DNA from: an uncultured bacterium
Lineage (GTDB): Bacteria > Eisenbacteria > RBG-16-71-46
Assembly: GCA_964589945.1 (NCBI GenBank)
Contig: CAZPVG010000008.1
Location: forward strand, 6,639 to 70,638
Direction of reading: 5' to 3'
Length of the DNA: 64,000 nt
Part shown: positions 28,044 to 36,478 of the stretch, piece by piece
Layout of the letters: each line of letters begins with the position of its first letter
How positions within the stretch are numbered: position 1 is the stretch's first letter
Position numbers and translations under genes: made by a program
The notes under the pieces: generated by a model
The model's database searches: none
Told to the model about the DNA's origin: nothing
What the model saw: only the letters and a program-made list of their open reading frames with translations

Positions 28044-28679
28044 TCAGTAGGCCGCGTAGAAGATGATCCCCGCCGAAGCCTGGAGATTGTGGTTCACGGA
28101 GGAGGCGAGGAAGATCGCCTGGTAGCGGGCGCTGAAGTCCACCGCCCAGCTCCGGTAGACGTAGTGCTCCACCCCCCCGGCGGCGCTCAGGAACGTGCCG
28201 TCGCCGCCGATCGGGTACTGGATCTCGCCGCTCGAGAGCCTCGCCGAGATCTGCGCGAGCCCGGCCCCGAGCGAGAGCCAGCGCACGTTCTGGTTGCGCG
28301 TCCCGAAGAACTGGTAGAGCTCGATGCCCGTGGTCGTCAGGTTGAGCTCGTCGCGCGTGAGCAGCGAGTCGGCGGGCCCGAGCTCGTTGTTGAACGCGCC
28401 CGCCGGGTAGCCGAGCACCCGCGAGTCGAGCGTGTACTGGTCGAACGTCAGGCCGAGCCCGCGCTCGTAGCGCATGCGGTAGCGAAGCCGCACGCCGACG
28501 CCGAAGCCCGAGCCGAACTCCCGGCCGACGACGCCGGTGTTCGCGAGCGAGCCGAAGTCTCCCACCACCGCGATGCCGACCTGCCCGGCGCGCGGGAGCA
28601 CGAGGGTGGCCGCGCCGGCCGTCCCGGCGAGCACCATCCCGATCCCGATCCCGGCGAACCACGCTGCGAGACGCTTCAT
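28044..28679 (-). CDS. Small outer-membrane beta-barrel protein
   Basis: The internal ATG at 28679 gives the signal peptide MKRLAAWFAGIGIGMVLAGTAGAA. It has alternating hydrophobic beta-strand patterns (GVGVRLRYRMRY, LSLGAGLAQISARL, AVDFSARYQAIFL) and an aromatic C-terminus (IIFYAAY). Its stop lies 3 nt before the beta-CASP gene start. Confidence 0.75.
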   Translation of the reverse strand: MKRLAAWFAGIGIGMVLAGTAGAATLVLPRAGQVGIAVVGDFGSLANTGVVGREFGSGFGVGVRLRYRMRYERGLGLTFDQYTLDSRVLGYPAGAFNNELGPADSLLTRDELNLTTTGIELYQFFGTRNQNVRWLSLGAGLAQISARLSSGEIQYPIGGDGTFLSAAGGVEHYVYRSWAVDFSARYQAIFLASSVNHNLQASAGIIFYAAY

Positions 28680-28714
28680 CCTCTCCTCCACGACCCCGGT
28701 CGTCTGTCCCGCGC

Positions 28715-29653
28715 CTAGGCGCGGGGGTGGAACTGGCGATGCACCTCGCGCAGGTAGCCGCGGTCGAGGTGCGTGTAGATGGCGGTGGTGGTCACCGACG
28801 CGTGCCCGAGGAGTTCCTGGACGACGCGCAGGTCCGCTCCCCCCTCGAGCAGGTGCGTCGCGAACGAGTGCCGCAGGGCGTGCGGGTGCACGCGGGTCGC
28901 GAGGCCTGCCCGGCGCGCGTGCCCCCGCAGGATCTTCCACCAGCCCGCGCGGCTGAGCGGGCCGCCGCGCGCGTTGCAGAACACGCGGTCGTGGCGCGCC
29001 GACCGCACGAGCTGCGGCCGGCCGCGCTCGAGCCACTCCGCGAGCGCCGCGGCCGCGGCGCGCCCGAACGGCACGACGCGCTGCCGGTCGCCCTTGCCCG
29101 TCACGGTCACGAAGCGCCCCCGCATCTCCACCTGCCCGCGCGGGAGGCCGACGAGCTCGGAGACACGCAGTCCGCAGGCGTAGGCGAGCTCGAGCATGGC
29201 GCGGTCGCGAAGCGCGAGCGGAGCCTCGCCCTCAGGCTGCGCGAGCAGCCGTTCGAGGTCGGCCAGCGGGATCGCATACGGCAGCCGGCGCTCGCGGCGC
29301 GGGGCGGGCAGCACCGCGACCGGGTCTTCCGTCGCGTGGCCGACGCGCGCGAGGAAGGCGTGGAACCCCCGCAGGGTCGAGCGCCGTCGCGCGACGGTCG
29401 CTCCCGAGAGCCCGCGCCGCTGCAGCGAGGCGAAGTAGGCGTCCACGAAGGTCACCGTGGCCTCGCGCCAGTCGTCCAGCCGATGGGTCCGCGCGAAGGC
29501 CTGGTAGTCCTCGAGGTCCCGCCGGTACGCGTCGAGCGTCCGCGCGCTGAGCCGCCGGCCCTTCTGCAGCTCGTCGAGCCACGCCTCGACCGCCGGCCGC
29601 AGGGATGCGTCCCGCCGCCCCGGGGCCCCTGGCGTCGCGACGACCGGGCTCAC
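28715..29653 (-). CDS. xerD: Site-specific tyrosine recombinase XerD
   Basis: The GTG at 29653 overlaps the uvrC TGA (GTGA). It has the catalytic RHRY pattern: ELAYACGLRVSELVGL, GKGDRQRVVPFG, HPHALRHSFATHLLEGGADLRVVQELLGHASVTTTAIYTHL and a C-terminal HPRA. LSRAGWWKIL is XerD-like. Confidence 0.88.
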   Translation of the reverse strand: MSPVVATPGAPGRRDASLRPAVEAWLDELQKGRRLSARTLDAYRRDLEDYQAFARTHRLDDWREATVTFVDAYFASLQRRGLSGATVARRRSTLRGFHAFLARVGHATEDPVAVLPAPRRERRLPYAIPLADLERLLAQPEGEAPLALRDRAMLELAYACGLRVSELVGLPRGQVEMRGRFVTVTGKGDRQRVVPFGRAAAAALAEWLERGRPQLVRSARHDRVFCNARGGPLSRAGWWKILRGHARRAGLATRVHPHALRHSFATHLLEGGADLRVVQELLGHASVTTTAIYTHLDRGYLREVHRQFHPRA

Positions 29654-31473
29654 GCCGCCCCCTCCCGGCCCGCGAGGTGCTCGGCCACCCGGCGCGCGAG
29701 CGCGAGCGGCACGTGCGCGCGCGCCGCGATGTCCGGGGCGTCCGCCGCGCGCAGCGCCGTGACCGACCCGAACGCCTTGAGCAGCGCCGCGCGGCGCGCG
29801 GGGCCCACGCCGGGGACGGTGTCGAGCAGGCTGCCGATGCGCGCCCGCGACCGCAGCATGCGGTGGTACTCGAGGCCGAAGCGGTGCGCCTCGTCGCGCA
29901 GCCGCTGCAGCGCCCGCAGCGAGGGCGATCGGCGCGGCAGCCGGACGTCGGGGGCGCCCTCGCGCACGATGGTCTCCTCGCGCTTGGCGAGCCCGATCAT
30001 CGGGACGGGCCGCGTCGCGACGCGGTCGAGCGCCGCGCGGGCCGCCGAGAGCTGCCCGGCGCCCCCGTCGACCACGACGAGATCCGGGCGCGGCAGCTCG
30101 TCGGACTCGACGCGCGTCCAGTACCGCTCGACCGCCTCGCCGATCATGGCGAAATCGTCCGGGCCCGGACGGCGGATGCGCATCCGGCGGTAGAGCTTCT
30201 TGAGAGGCCGGCCGTCCTCCGAGGCGACCACCGCGGCGACGGCCTGGTCGGGCCCGAAGTTCGAGACGTCGAAGCAGACCATGCGATGGGGCGGCACCGG
30301 CAGCGCGAGCTCGCGCTGGAGCCCCGAGACGGCGGGTACGAGCCGCACGCGCCGTCCCGAGCGACGCGCCTCGATCTGCTCGAGCGCCGCGAGCGCGTTC
30401 CGCTCCGCGCCTTCGACGAGCCGGCGCGCCCGCCCGCGCACGGGCGCCACCAGCGCCACGGCGCGTCCCGCGTGGCGCGCGAGGGCCTCGGCGAGCGTGT
30501 CGTGATTCGCGGGCAGCGTGCCGACGAGCACCCGCCGCGGCAGGTCCGGGCGGGCGAGCGCGTACTGCGTGACCCAGGCCTCGACGAGCGCGCCGTCGTC
30601 GAGCCCGGAGGCGCGCTCGAGCAGCCGCGTCTCCTTGCCGATCACCCGACCCCCGCGCACGAGCAGCGTGGCGACGGCGGCCCGGTCCCCGTGCCGCGCG
30701 ACGCCCAGCACGTCGGTGTCGCGCGGGTCGTTCGTCACCATGCTCTGCGGCAGCCTCGCACGCTCGAGCAGCCGCACCTGGTCGCGCCGCCGGGCGGCCG
30801 TCTCGTAGCGGCGCTCCGCGGCGGCCTCCTCCATCTCGCGGCGCAGCCGCGTGATCAGCTCTTCGTCGCGGCCCGTGAGCAGCATGAGGAAGCCCTCGAC
30901 GAGCGCGCGGTAGTCCTCGCGCCGCACCCCCGCCCGCGAGTAGCACGGCCCGGCGCAGCGCTTGATGTGGAAGTACAGGCAGGGCCGGTCCTGCCGGCGG
31001 TAGTCCTCGAAGTTCCGGCAGGTGCGCAGCGGGAAGACCCGGCGCAGCTCGCGCAGTGTCCGGCGCAGGTGCTTCACGTCCGTGTACGGCCCGAGGTAGC
31101 GCGCGCCGTCGTCCCGGACCCGGCGGGTGACCGACAGCCGGGGGAACTCGTCCCGGAGCGACACCTTCACGAACGGGAAGCTCTTGTCGTCCTTCAGCAG
31201 CACGTTGAAATGCGGCCGGTGCTGCCGGATGAGCGTGGATTCGAGCAGCAGCGCCTCGGCGTCCGAGGCGGTCACGATCGTGTCCACGTCCACGGCCCGG
31301 GCGATCATCTCCTCCATCCGGGGCCGCTGCGGGTCGGGCGCAAGGTAGCTGCGCACGCGGGCCGCGAGGCTGCGCGCCTTGCCGACGTACAGCACCTCGC
31401 CGCGGCCGTCCTTGAACAGGTAAACCCCTGGAACGGCGGGCAAAATCGCGATTTTTTCGGCCAGCGCGCCCAC
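29650..31473 (-). CDS. uvrC: Excinuclease ABC subunit C
   Basis: The GIY-YIG domain is PGVYLFKDGRGEVLYVGKARSLAARVRSY. It also has a UVR domain (MEEAAAERRYETAARRRDQVRLLE), an endonuclease-V-like domain and C-terminal (HhH)2 (VPGVGPARRAALLKAFGS). The GTG at 31473 puts 14 aa before PGVY, as in known UvrC proteins. The track ORF extends to 31641, into the rpsT promoter region. Confidence 0.93.
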   Translation of the reverse strand: MGALAEKIAILPAVPGVYLFKDGRGEVLYVGKARSLAARVRSYLAPDPQRPRMEEMIARAVDVDTIVTASDAEALLLESTLIRQHRPHFNVLLKDDKSFPFVKVSLRDEFPRLSVTRRVRDDGARYLGPYTDVKHLRRTLRELRRVFPLRTCRNFEDYRRQDRPCLYFHIKRCAGPCYSRAGVRREDYRALVEGFLMLLTGRDEELITRLRREMEEAAAERRYETAARRRDQVRLLERARLPQSMVTNDPRDTDVLGVARHGDRAAVATLLVRGGRVIGKETRLLERASGLDDGALVEAWVTQYALARPDLPRRVLVGTLPANHDTLAEALARHAGRAVALVAPVRGRARRLVEGAERNALAALEQIEARRSGRRVRLVPAVSGLQRELALPVPPHRMVCFDVSNFGPDQAVAAVVASEDGRPLKKLYRRMRIRRPGPDDFAMIGEAVERYWTRVESDELPRPDLVVVDGGAGQLSAARAALDRVATRPVPMIGLAKREETIVREGAPDVRLPRRSPSLRALQRLRDEAHRFGLEYHRMLRSRARIGSLLDTVPGVGPARRAALLKAFGSVTALRAADAPDIAARAHVPLALARRVAEHLAGREGAA

Positions 31474-31618
31474 AGAACCCTCCAGGCACACGTGCGGGGG
31501 TACCAGAGGGAAGCAGACTACACGCCTCGGCGGCGTCGGGACAACGGGGAATCCGGTCTCGTCCCGGCACGGGCCGGCGGTCCCTCCCCGCTCCACCGGG
31601 GCGCGCACCCTCCGGGTC

Positions 31619-31647
31619 TTGACAGGGTCGCCGTAACCCATTACTTT
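31619..31647 (+). promoter_or_regulatory. Sigma70-type promoter of rpsT (TTGACA-N17-TACTTT)
   Basis: A perfect -35 hexamer at 31619-31624 and TACTTT at 31642-31647 with 17-nt spacing lie about 45 nt upstream of the rpsT ATG. GGAGGA sits at 31681-31686. The promoter lies in the divergent uvrC/rpsT intergenic region. Confidence 0.5.
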
Positions 31648-31690
31648 CCCACGGCTTTTTGACGATCTGCCGACCCTTCAGGAGGAGTCC

Positions 31691-31948
31691 ATGCCGCATC
31701 ACAAGTCCGCGGCCAAGCGCGTGGTGACCAACGAGAAGAGCCGCCAGAGGAACCTGGCGGCGAGCAGCCGGCTGCGCACGGCCGTCAAGACGGTCCGGGC
31801 GGCCAAGTCCCGCGCCGACGGCGAGGCCGCGCTGCGCGGCACCACGGCCGTTCTGGATCGCACGGCCGCCAAGGGGATCATCAAGCGCGAAGCCGCGAAC
31901 CGGCAGAAGGCGCGCCTGGCGAAGTTCGTCGCCAAGCTTCCGGCCTGA
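31691..31948 (+). CDS. rpsT: 30S ribosomal protein S20
   Basis: MPHHKSAAKRVVTNEKSRQRNLAASSRLRTAVK... is the canonical S20 N-terminus. It is 85 aa and basic. Confidence 0.95.
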   Translation: MPHHKSAAKRVVTNEKSRQRNLAASSRLRTAVKTVRAAKSRADGEAALRGTTAVLDRTAAKGIIKREAANRQKARLAKFVAKLPA

Positions 31949-31959
31949 TCGGGACCGAC

Positions 31960-32391
31960 ATGCTGCGCCGCTGGGCGGCCGCGCTGATGCTGGCGAGTGT
32001 CGTGAGCGGCATGCCGAACGGGGCCGCCTGCGCCTGGGCGCGGGCGGCCGAACCGTTCGAGGTCGTACCCCGCCCCCCGGCCGACCGGCAACACCATCGC
32101 GCGGCCCTGGCCTGCGCGCTCGTCGGCGCGGGCCTCATCGCCGCCTCCTTCCCGCTGTCCGACCTCGCGGACCGGCGCTACGCCGCCTACCTCGCCGAGT
32201 CCGAGCCGTCGGCCGTCGAGGAGCGGTACCGCGCGACGGTCCGTGCCGACCGCATGGCGAGCGGCTCGCTGCTCGTCGGCGAGGGTCTCCTCGTCACCGC
32301 CGTCTGGCTGCGCTTCGTCCACCGGTCGCGCGAGCCGCGGGCCGGCCTGGTCGTGGGTCCCGACCGATGCGCCCTGCTCGTGCGCTTCTGA
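31960..32391 (+). CDS. Hypothetical membrane/secreted protein
   Basis: It starts 12 nt after rpsT. It has an N-terminal signal-like segment and two hydrophobic helices (ALACALVGAGLIAASFPL and LLVGEGLLVTAVWLRF). I recognise no family. Confidence 0.5.
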   Translation: MLRRWAAALMLASVVSGMPNGAACAWARAAEPFEVVPRPPADRQHHRAALACALVGAGLIAASFPLSDLADRRYAAYLAESEPSAVEERYRATVRADRMASGSLLVGEGLLVTAVWLRFVHRSREPRAGLVVGPDRCALLVRF

Positions 32392-33620
32392 TCGTCGCGG
32401 CGGCGCTCGCGCTCGCGGGCTGCAGCCAGCGCGACCGCTCGAACCCGCTCGACCCGGCGAACCCGCAGACCGGCGGGCGCCCGTCGGGCTTCAACGCGAT
32501 CGCCGGCTACGCCTCGGTCCAGCTGCAGTGGAACCCGCAGCCCGAGCTCGGCGTGGACGGCTTCCAGGTCTACCGCCGGCTGCCCGGGGACTCGCTCTGG
32601 CGCCCCCTGGGCGGGCCGCAGCCTTCGAGCGCGTCGCGCTTCCTCGATTCCGGGCTCGTCAACGGGGAGCGCGTCCGCTACCGGCTCGACTGGTGGATCG
32701 ACGGCGCCCCCGCGGGGCGCCCGGTCGAGGACGAGGCCACGCCGGGTCCGCTGCGCCCGTGGGTGGCCGACCCGGGCGCCGGGGCGGTCCTGCGCCTGTC
32801 CCCCGACGGCCGCGACGTCAACTTCACCCAGACGTCCTTCGGCGTAGTGGGCCGCATCGCGGTGGACCCGATCGACGGCTGGGTGTGGGCCTCGGACACC
32901 TTCGACGGGATCGTCTGGTCCTACGACCCGTTCTCGCGCCTGGCCGTCGCGATCCCGGGCGTCTCGCGGCCCGACGCGATGGCGATCAGCCCCTTCGACC
33001 ATTCCGTGTGGGTGTGCGACCTCGCGGGCGGCGTCTCGCACTTCCGCCGCGACGGCTCGGTGCCGACGCCCGGCCGGCTCGCGCCGATCGACGGCCCGGC
33101 CGCCATCGCGGCGAACCCCGCGGACGCCTCGATCTGGGTCGTCGAGCGCGGCGGCAACCGCCTGCGCCACTTCGCCGCGAACGGCACGCCGCTCGGGGCC
33201 GCGAACGTGGGCGCGCCCTCGCGCGTCGCGGTCGACTCGCTCACGCGGGTCGCCTGGGTGACCTCGTACGAGCTCGGCCGGATCTGGCGGGTCGGCGAAG
33301 CCGGCCAGATCGTGGACTCGACGAGCGTGGCCAGCGGCCCCATCGGCATCGCCATCGACCGGCCGCACGGGCTCGCCTGGGTGGCCGACGACCGCGGCGG
33401 GCGCCTGCTCGGCCTCGACCTCAACTCGCTCGCGGTCCGGGTCACGACCACGGCCGCCGGGGCGCCCTACGACGTCGCGGTGGACGAGGCGACGGGCGAG
33501 GTCTGGGCGCTCTCGCGCTCGAGCCGCGCCGTCACGCGCCTCGCGCCCGACGGCACCCGGATCGACGGCCTCGCCGGCTTCGACGATCCGGTCGAGATCC
33601 GGATCGATCCCGGCCGGTGA
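32367..33620 (+). CDS. Lipoprotein with fibronectin-III-like domain and beta-propeller (NHL/YncE-like) repeats
   Basis: The lipobox is MRPARALLIVAAALALAGC. The FN3-like segment is GYASVQLQWNPQPELGVDGFQVYRR. About six repeats follow of the type (V/I)AVDP..G.VWV.D....G.V.R. Confidence 0.7.
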   Translation: MRPARALLIVAAALALAGCSQRDRSNPLDPANPQTGGRPSGFNAIAGYASVQLQWNPQPELGVDGFQVYRRLPGDSLWRPLGGPQPSSASRFLDSGLVNGERVRYRLDWWIDGAPAGRPVEDEATPGPLRPWVADPGAGAVLRLSPDGRDVNFTQTSFGVVGRIAVDPIDGWVWASDTFDGIVWSYDPFSRLAVAIPGVSRPDAMAISPFDHSVWVCDLAGGVSHFRRDGSVPTPGRLAPIDGPAAIAANPADASIWVVERGGNRLRHFAANGTPLGAANVGAPSRVAVDSLTRVAWVTSYELGRIWRVGEAGQIVDSTSVASGPIGIAIDRPHGLAWVADDRGGRLLGLDLNSLAVRVTTTAAGAPYDVAVDEATGEVWALSRSSRAVTRLAPDGTRIDGLAGFDDPVEIRIDPGR

Positions 33621-33644
33621 GGCCGCTCCCCGCCGGAACGAGCG

Positions 33645-36455
33645 TCAGAAGTTGTAGGCGATGAAGAACACGTGGTACGGCGCGCGATTCTGGAACCGGT
33701 GCCAGTCCTCGCTGACCCACATCCAGTTCCAGCGGATCGCCGGCCAGTAGCCGCCTCCCAGGTAGAGCCCCCAGCCCGCCACGCCGATCCGCCGGTCCCC
33801 GGCCGGGTCGAACGTCCACGCCGCGTCCCCGAACGCCACGGCGTTGATCGTCGGCAGCATCCAGGGCGTCGGCACGCCGAGCACGAGGCCGCGCACGAGC
33901 GGGTAGCGCGTCTCGTGCTGGACCACGATCGTCTGCAGGCCGGCCGCGTACCGCGTGTCGGGCACGTGCAGTCGCGTGGGGCCGCCGAGGTAGAGGCGCT
34001 GGGCGTCGCGGCTGAAGCTGGCCCAGCCGCTGACCCGCCAGGCCGTGACGAGGTTCGGCAGCGGCTGGCGGTAGTGCCGCGCCTCGCCGTACAGCGTGCC
34101 GACGTCGGAGCGCCCGCCGGTGATGTCGCGTGTGAAACCCGCGGTCAGGTTGAGCCGCGTGCCGCCGATCGGGCCGCTCCAGGACCAGCGCGAGTTGTCG
34201 TGCACGAAGCTCAGGAAGTTCGAGACGAGGTCCACCGTCGGTGCCTCGCCGTCGCGGAGCAGGTGGTTCGAGGCGTGGCGCACCTCGACGGTGGCGTCCA
34301 CGCGATCGAAGCGACTGAACGGGTAGCTCGCGATCCCGAGCAGCCCGACGCGCTTCTCCCGGCGCAGCACCTCGAAGTCCGGGTCGTAGAGGCTCGTCAG
34401 CCGGAACACGCCGACGCCGTAGTTGAGCCGCTGCGCCTGGTTGATGTAGGTGACGCCCCCCTCCCAGCCGTCCCAGAAGTCGCCGAAGTGCTCGCTGTCG
34501 TTGGCGATCGTGATGACGTACTGCTCGTTCCCCAGCATGTCGCTCAGCGCGATCTGGCCGAAGCTCTGCGTGTAACCGAACGCGGAGTTCGTCCCGATCA
34601 TGTTCTGCACGAGGTCGAGGCCCAGGCGGCGCTGGTAGCGCTGCTCCGGTTCCTCGTGCGCGACCGCGGGCAGCACCGCGTGGTACGGGCCGGGCGTCTC
34701 GGGCTCGACCGCGAGCGACTCGGGCTTCACGGGGATCGCCCAGGTGCGGAACGTGACGGCCTGCTCCGCCGTGAAGAGCAGGGCGCGCCCGTCCAGAGTC
34801 CAGTCGGGATCGCTGGCCGGGCCGAGCAGCCGGGTGACGCGCCGCGCCTCGCGGGAGGGCGCCGAGGGCCGCACCCAGAGGTCGCTCGTGCCCCCGCGCG
34901 TCGATCGGAACGCCAGCCAGCGGCCGTCCGGCGACCATGCGGGCTGGCGGTCGTCGCCCGACCCGGCGAAGCTCACCCGCTCGGGAGTGCCGCCCGCGAG
35001 GGCGAGCCGGTAGAGCGCGTAGCGCCCGCCCTCGTTGCAGCGGTCCGAGGCGAACGCCACCCAGGCGCCGTCCGGCGAGACGGCCGGGTCCACGTCGTCG
35101 TAGTCGTCGTGCGTGAGGCGCTCGAGCCGCACCGAATCCGGCAGCATCGTCGCGCGGTAGAGGTCGCTCTGCCCGTCGTAGTCCTGGGCCGTGAACACGA
35201 CGGCGCTGTCGCCCGGGACGAAGCTCGGGTCGTGGATCGCCACCAGCTCGGGAAAGTGGAGCTGGTGCAGCACGCGGCCCGACCGGGGGTCGATCACGAG
35301 GATCGCGTCGCGCCCGCCCTGCTGCGCGGAGACGACGATGAGCCCCGAGCGCGAGACGCCCGGCCGGTTCTGGAACAGGTGGAAGGACTCGAACATCGGC
35401 GTGCCGCCGCTGCGCAGCAGCCGCCGCTCGCGCCGTCCCCCGCCCGGTTCCGGCTCGCTCACGACGAGGTCCACGGCGCCGTCGTCCACCGCGAACCAGC
35501 AGAAGCGGTACGCGGTGTCCGGGCCCGCCGCGACCGGCAGCGCGCGCGGTCCGAGGTTGAAGCGGCTCTCCTGGCGGAACGGCCGCGCCACCTCCGCCGG
35601 GCGCGAGCAGGTCGCGACGGCCGGGTAGTAGCGCTTCTTCAGCGACTGGAACCACTCGTCGTCCACTTCCTCCAGTGGACGCCCGTAGGTCAGGCGGAAG
35701 CAGGTCGCGAAGTCCTCGACCCGCCAGGCGTTCTCGAGCAGGGCGATGATCCGGCGCTCGCCGTAGCGCGCCGAGAGCCACAACAGGAACGACTGGCCCT
35801 CCTTGTACATCATCACCGAGCCGGTGATGGGCTCGCTGCGCGTCACCGGGTAGGCGAGGCCCGAGACGACCATGTCGCGCAGCAGCCCCTCGGCGTCGGC
35901 GTCCCAGTGCGTGCCCATGTACTCCGCGAGGCCCTCGACGAACCACAGCGGCGGGAACCAGTTCTGCGCCTTGTGGTGGGCCTTGAAGACCTGCGAGAGC
36001 TTCTCGAGCATGTACGCGTGCACGAGCTCGTGCCGCGTCACCCAGCGCAGCCTCGTCCACGAGCCGTTGTGCGGCACGAGCACGCGGCCCTTGATCAACT
36101 CGGTCAGGCCGCCCGTGGACTCGGTGAGGATCTCGGGCGTGGCGTTCGTCTGCTGGAACAGGTGGTGCGCCGAGTAGAGCAGGATCGGGATGCGGTGCCG
36201 GGGCTTCATCCCGAAGCGGTGGTCGTATTCGACGGCCACGCTTTCGGCGAACGCCGTCATGGAGCGCGCCAGGCTCTCCTCGCGCGCGTAGTAGTGCACG
36301 CGCAGGTGCGGCGTCTCGAGGACGGCCCAGTGCAGGCGCTCGTACTGCACCTTGTTCTGGCCGAACGCCTGCGCCCGCGCCCCGGGCGGGGCGGCGCAGA
36401 GGACGGCAGCAGCGACCAGCGCGGCCGTGAGGATGCGCACGTGACGCAGCGCCAA
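33645..36455 (-). CDS. Peptidase-MA-like / TolB-like PD40 beta-propeller / C-terminal Omp85-like beta-barrel fusion protein
   Basis: The TTG at 36455 is preceded by GGAGG 5 nt upstream and the signal peptide is ...RILTAALVAAAVLCAAPPGARAQA. The gluzincin motif is HELVHAYM...WFVEGLAEY. PD40 repeats are present (PAVSPDGAWVAFASDR, PAWSPDGRWLAFRSTR). The C-terminal ~330 aa form a beta-strand-rich region ending in the aromatic FFIAYNF. The track ORF (to 37121) is extended by a shadow frame over dapB. Confidence 0.8.
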   Translation of the reverse strand: MALRHVRILTAALVAAAVLCAAPPGARAQAFGQNKVQYERLHWAVLETPHLRVHYYAREESLARSMTAFAESVAVEYDHRFGMKPRHRIPILLYSAHHLFQQTNATPEILTESTGGLTELIKGRVLVPHNGSWTRLRWVTRHELVHAYMLEKLSQVFKAHHKAQNWFPPLWFVEGLAEYMGTHWDADAEGLLRDMVVSGLAYPVTRSEPITGSVMMYKEGQSFLLWLSARYGERRIIALLENAWRVEDFATCFRLTYGRPLEEVDDEWFQSLKKRYYPAVATCSRPAEVARPFRQESRFNLGPRALPVAAGPDTAYRFCWFAVDDGAVDLVVSEPEPGGGRRERRLLRSGGTPMFESFHLFQNRPGVSRSGLIVVSAQQGGRDAILVIDPRSGRVLHQLHFPELVAIHDPSFVPGDSAVVFTAQDYDGQSDLYRATMLPDSVRLERLTHDDYDDVDPAVSPDGAWVAFASDRCNEGGRYALYRLALAGGTPERVSFAGSGDDRQPAWSPDGRWLAFRSTRGGTSDLWVRPSAPSREARRVTRLLGPASDPDWTLDGRALLFTAEQAVTFRTWAIPVKPESLAVEPETPGPYHAVLPAVAHEEPEQRYQRRLGLDLVQNMIGTNSAFGYTQSFGQIALSDMLGNEQYVITIANDSEHFGDFWDGWEGGVTYINQAQRLNYGVGVFRLTSLYDPDFEVLRREKRVGLLGIASYPFSRFDRVDATVEVRHASNHLLRDGEAPTVDLVSNFLSFVHDNSRWSWSGPIGGTRLNLTAGFTRDITGGRSDVGTLYGEARHYRQPLPNLVTAWRVSGWASFSRDAQRLYLGGPTRLHVPDTRYAAGLQTIVVQHETRYPLVRGLVLGVPTPWMLPTINAVAFGDAAWTFDPAGDRRIGVAGWGLYLGGGYWPAIRWNWMWVSEDWHRFQNRAPYHVFFIAYNF

Positions 36456-36478
36456 GCGAACCTCCGGGGGATGTCGGA

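Noticed and set aside
31442-31455. Perfect 14-bp palindrome AAAATCGCGATTTT
   Set aside because: It lies inside the first 11 codons of uvrC (EKIAIL), not in the intergenic region. It is short and can be explained by codon choice. There is no second copy in the window and no support for an operator role.
29654-31702. Upstream extension of the xerD frame (ORF 28715..31702, 995 aa), and the 31474..31641 extension of uvrC
   Set aside because: The xerD-frame extension is a shadow of uvrC. The uvrC extension would put about 56 unconserved residues before the GIY-YIG domain and would run through the rpsT promoter. The GTG at 31473 gives a canonical UvrC N-terminus.
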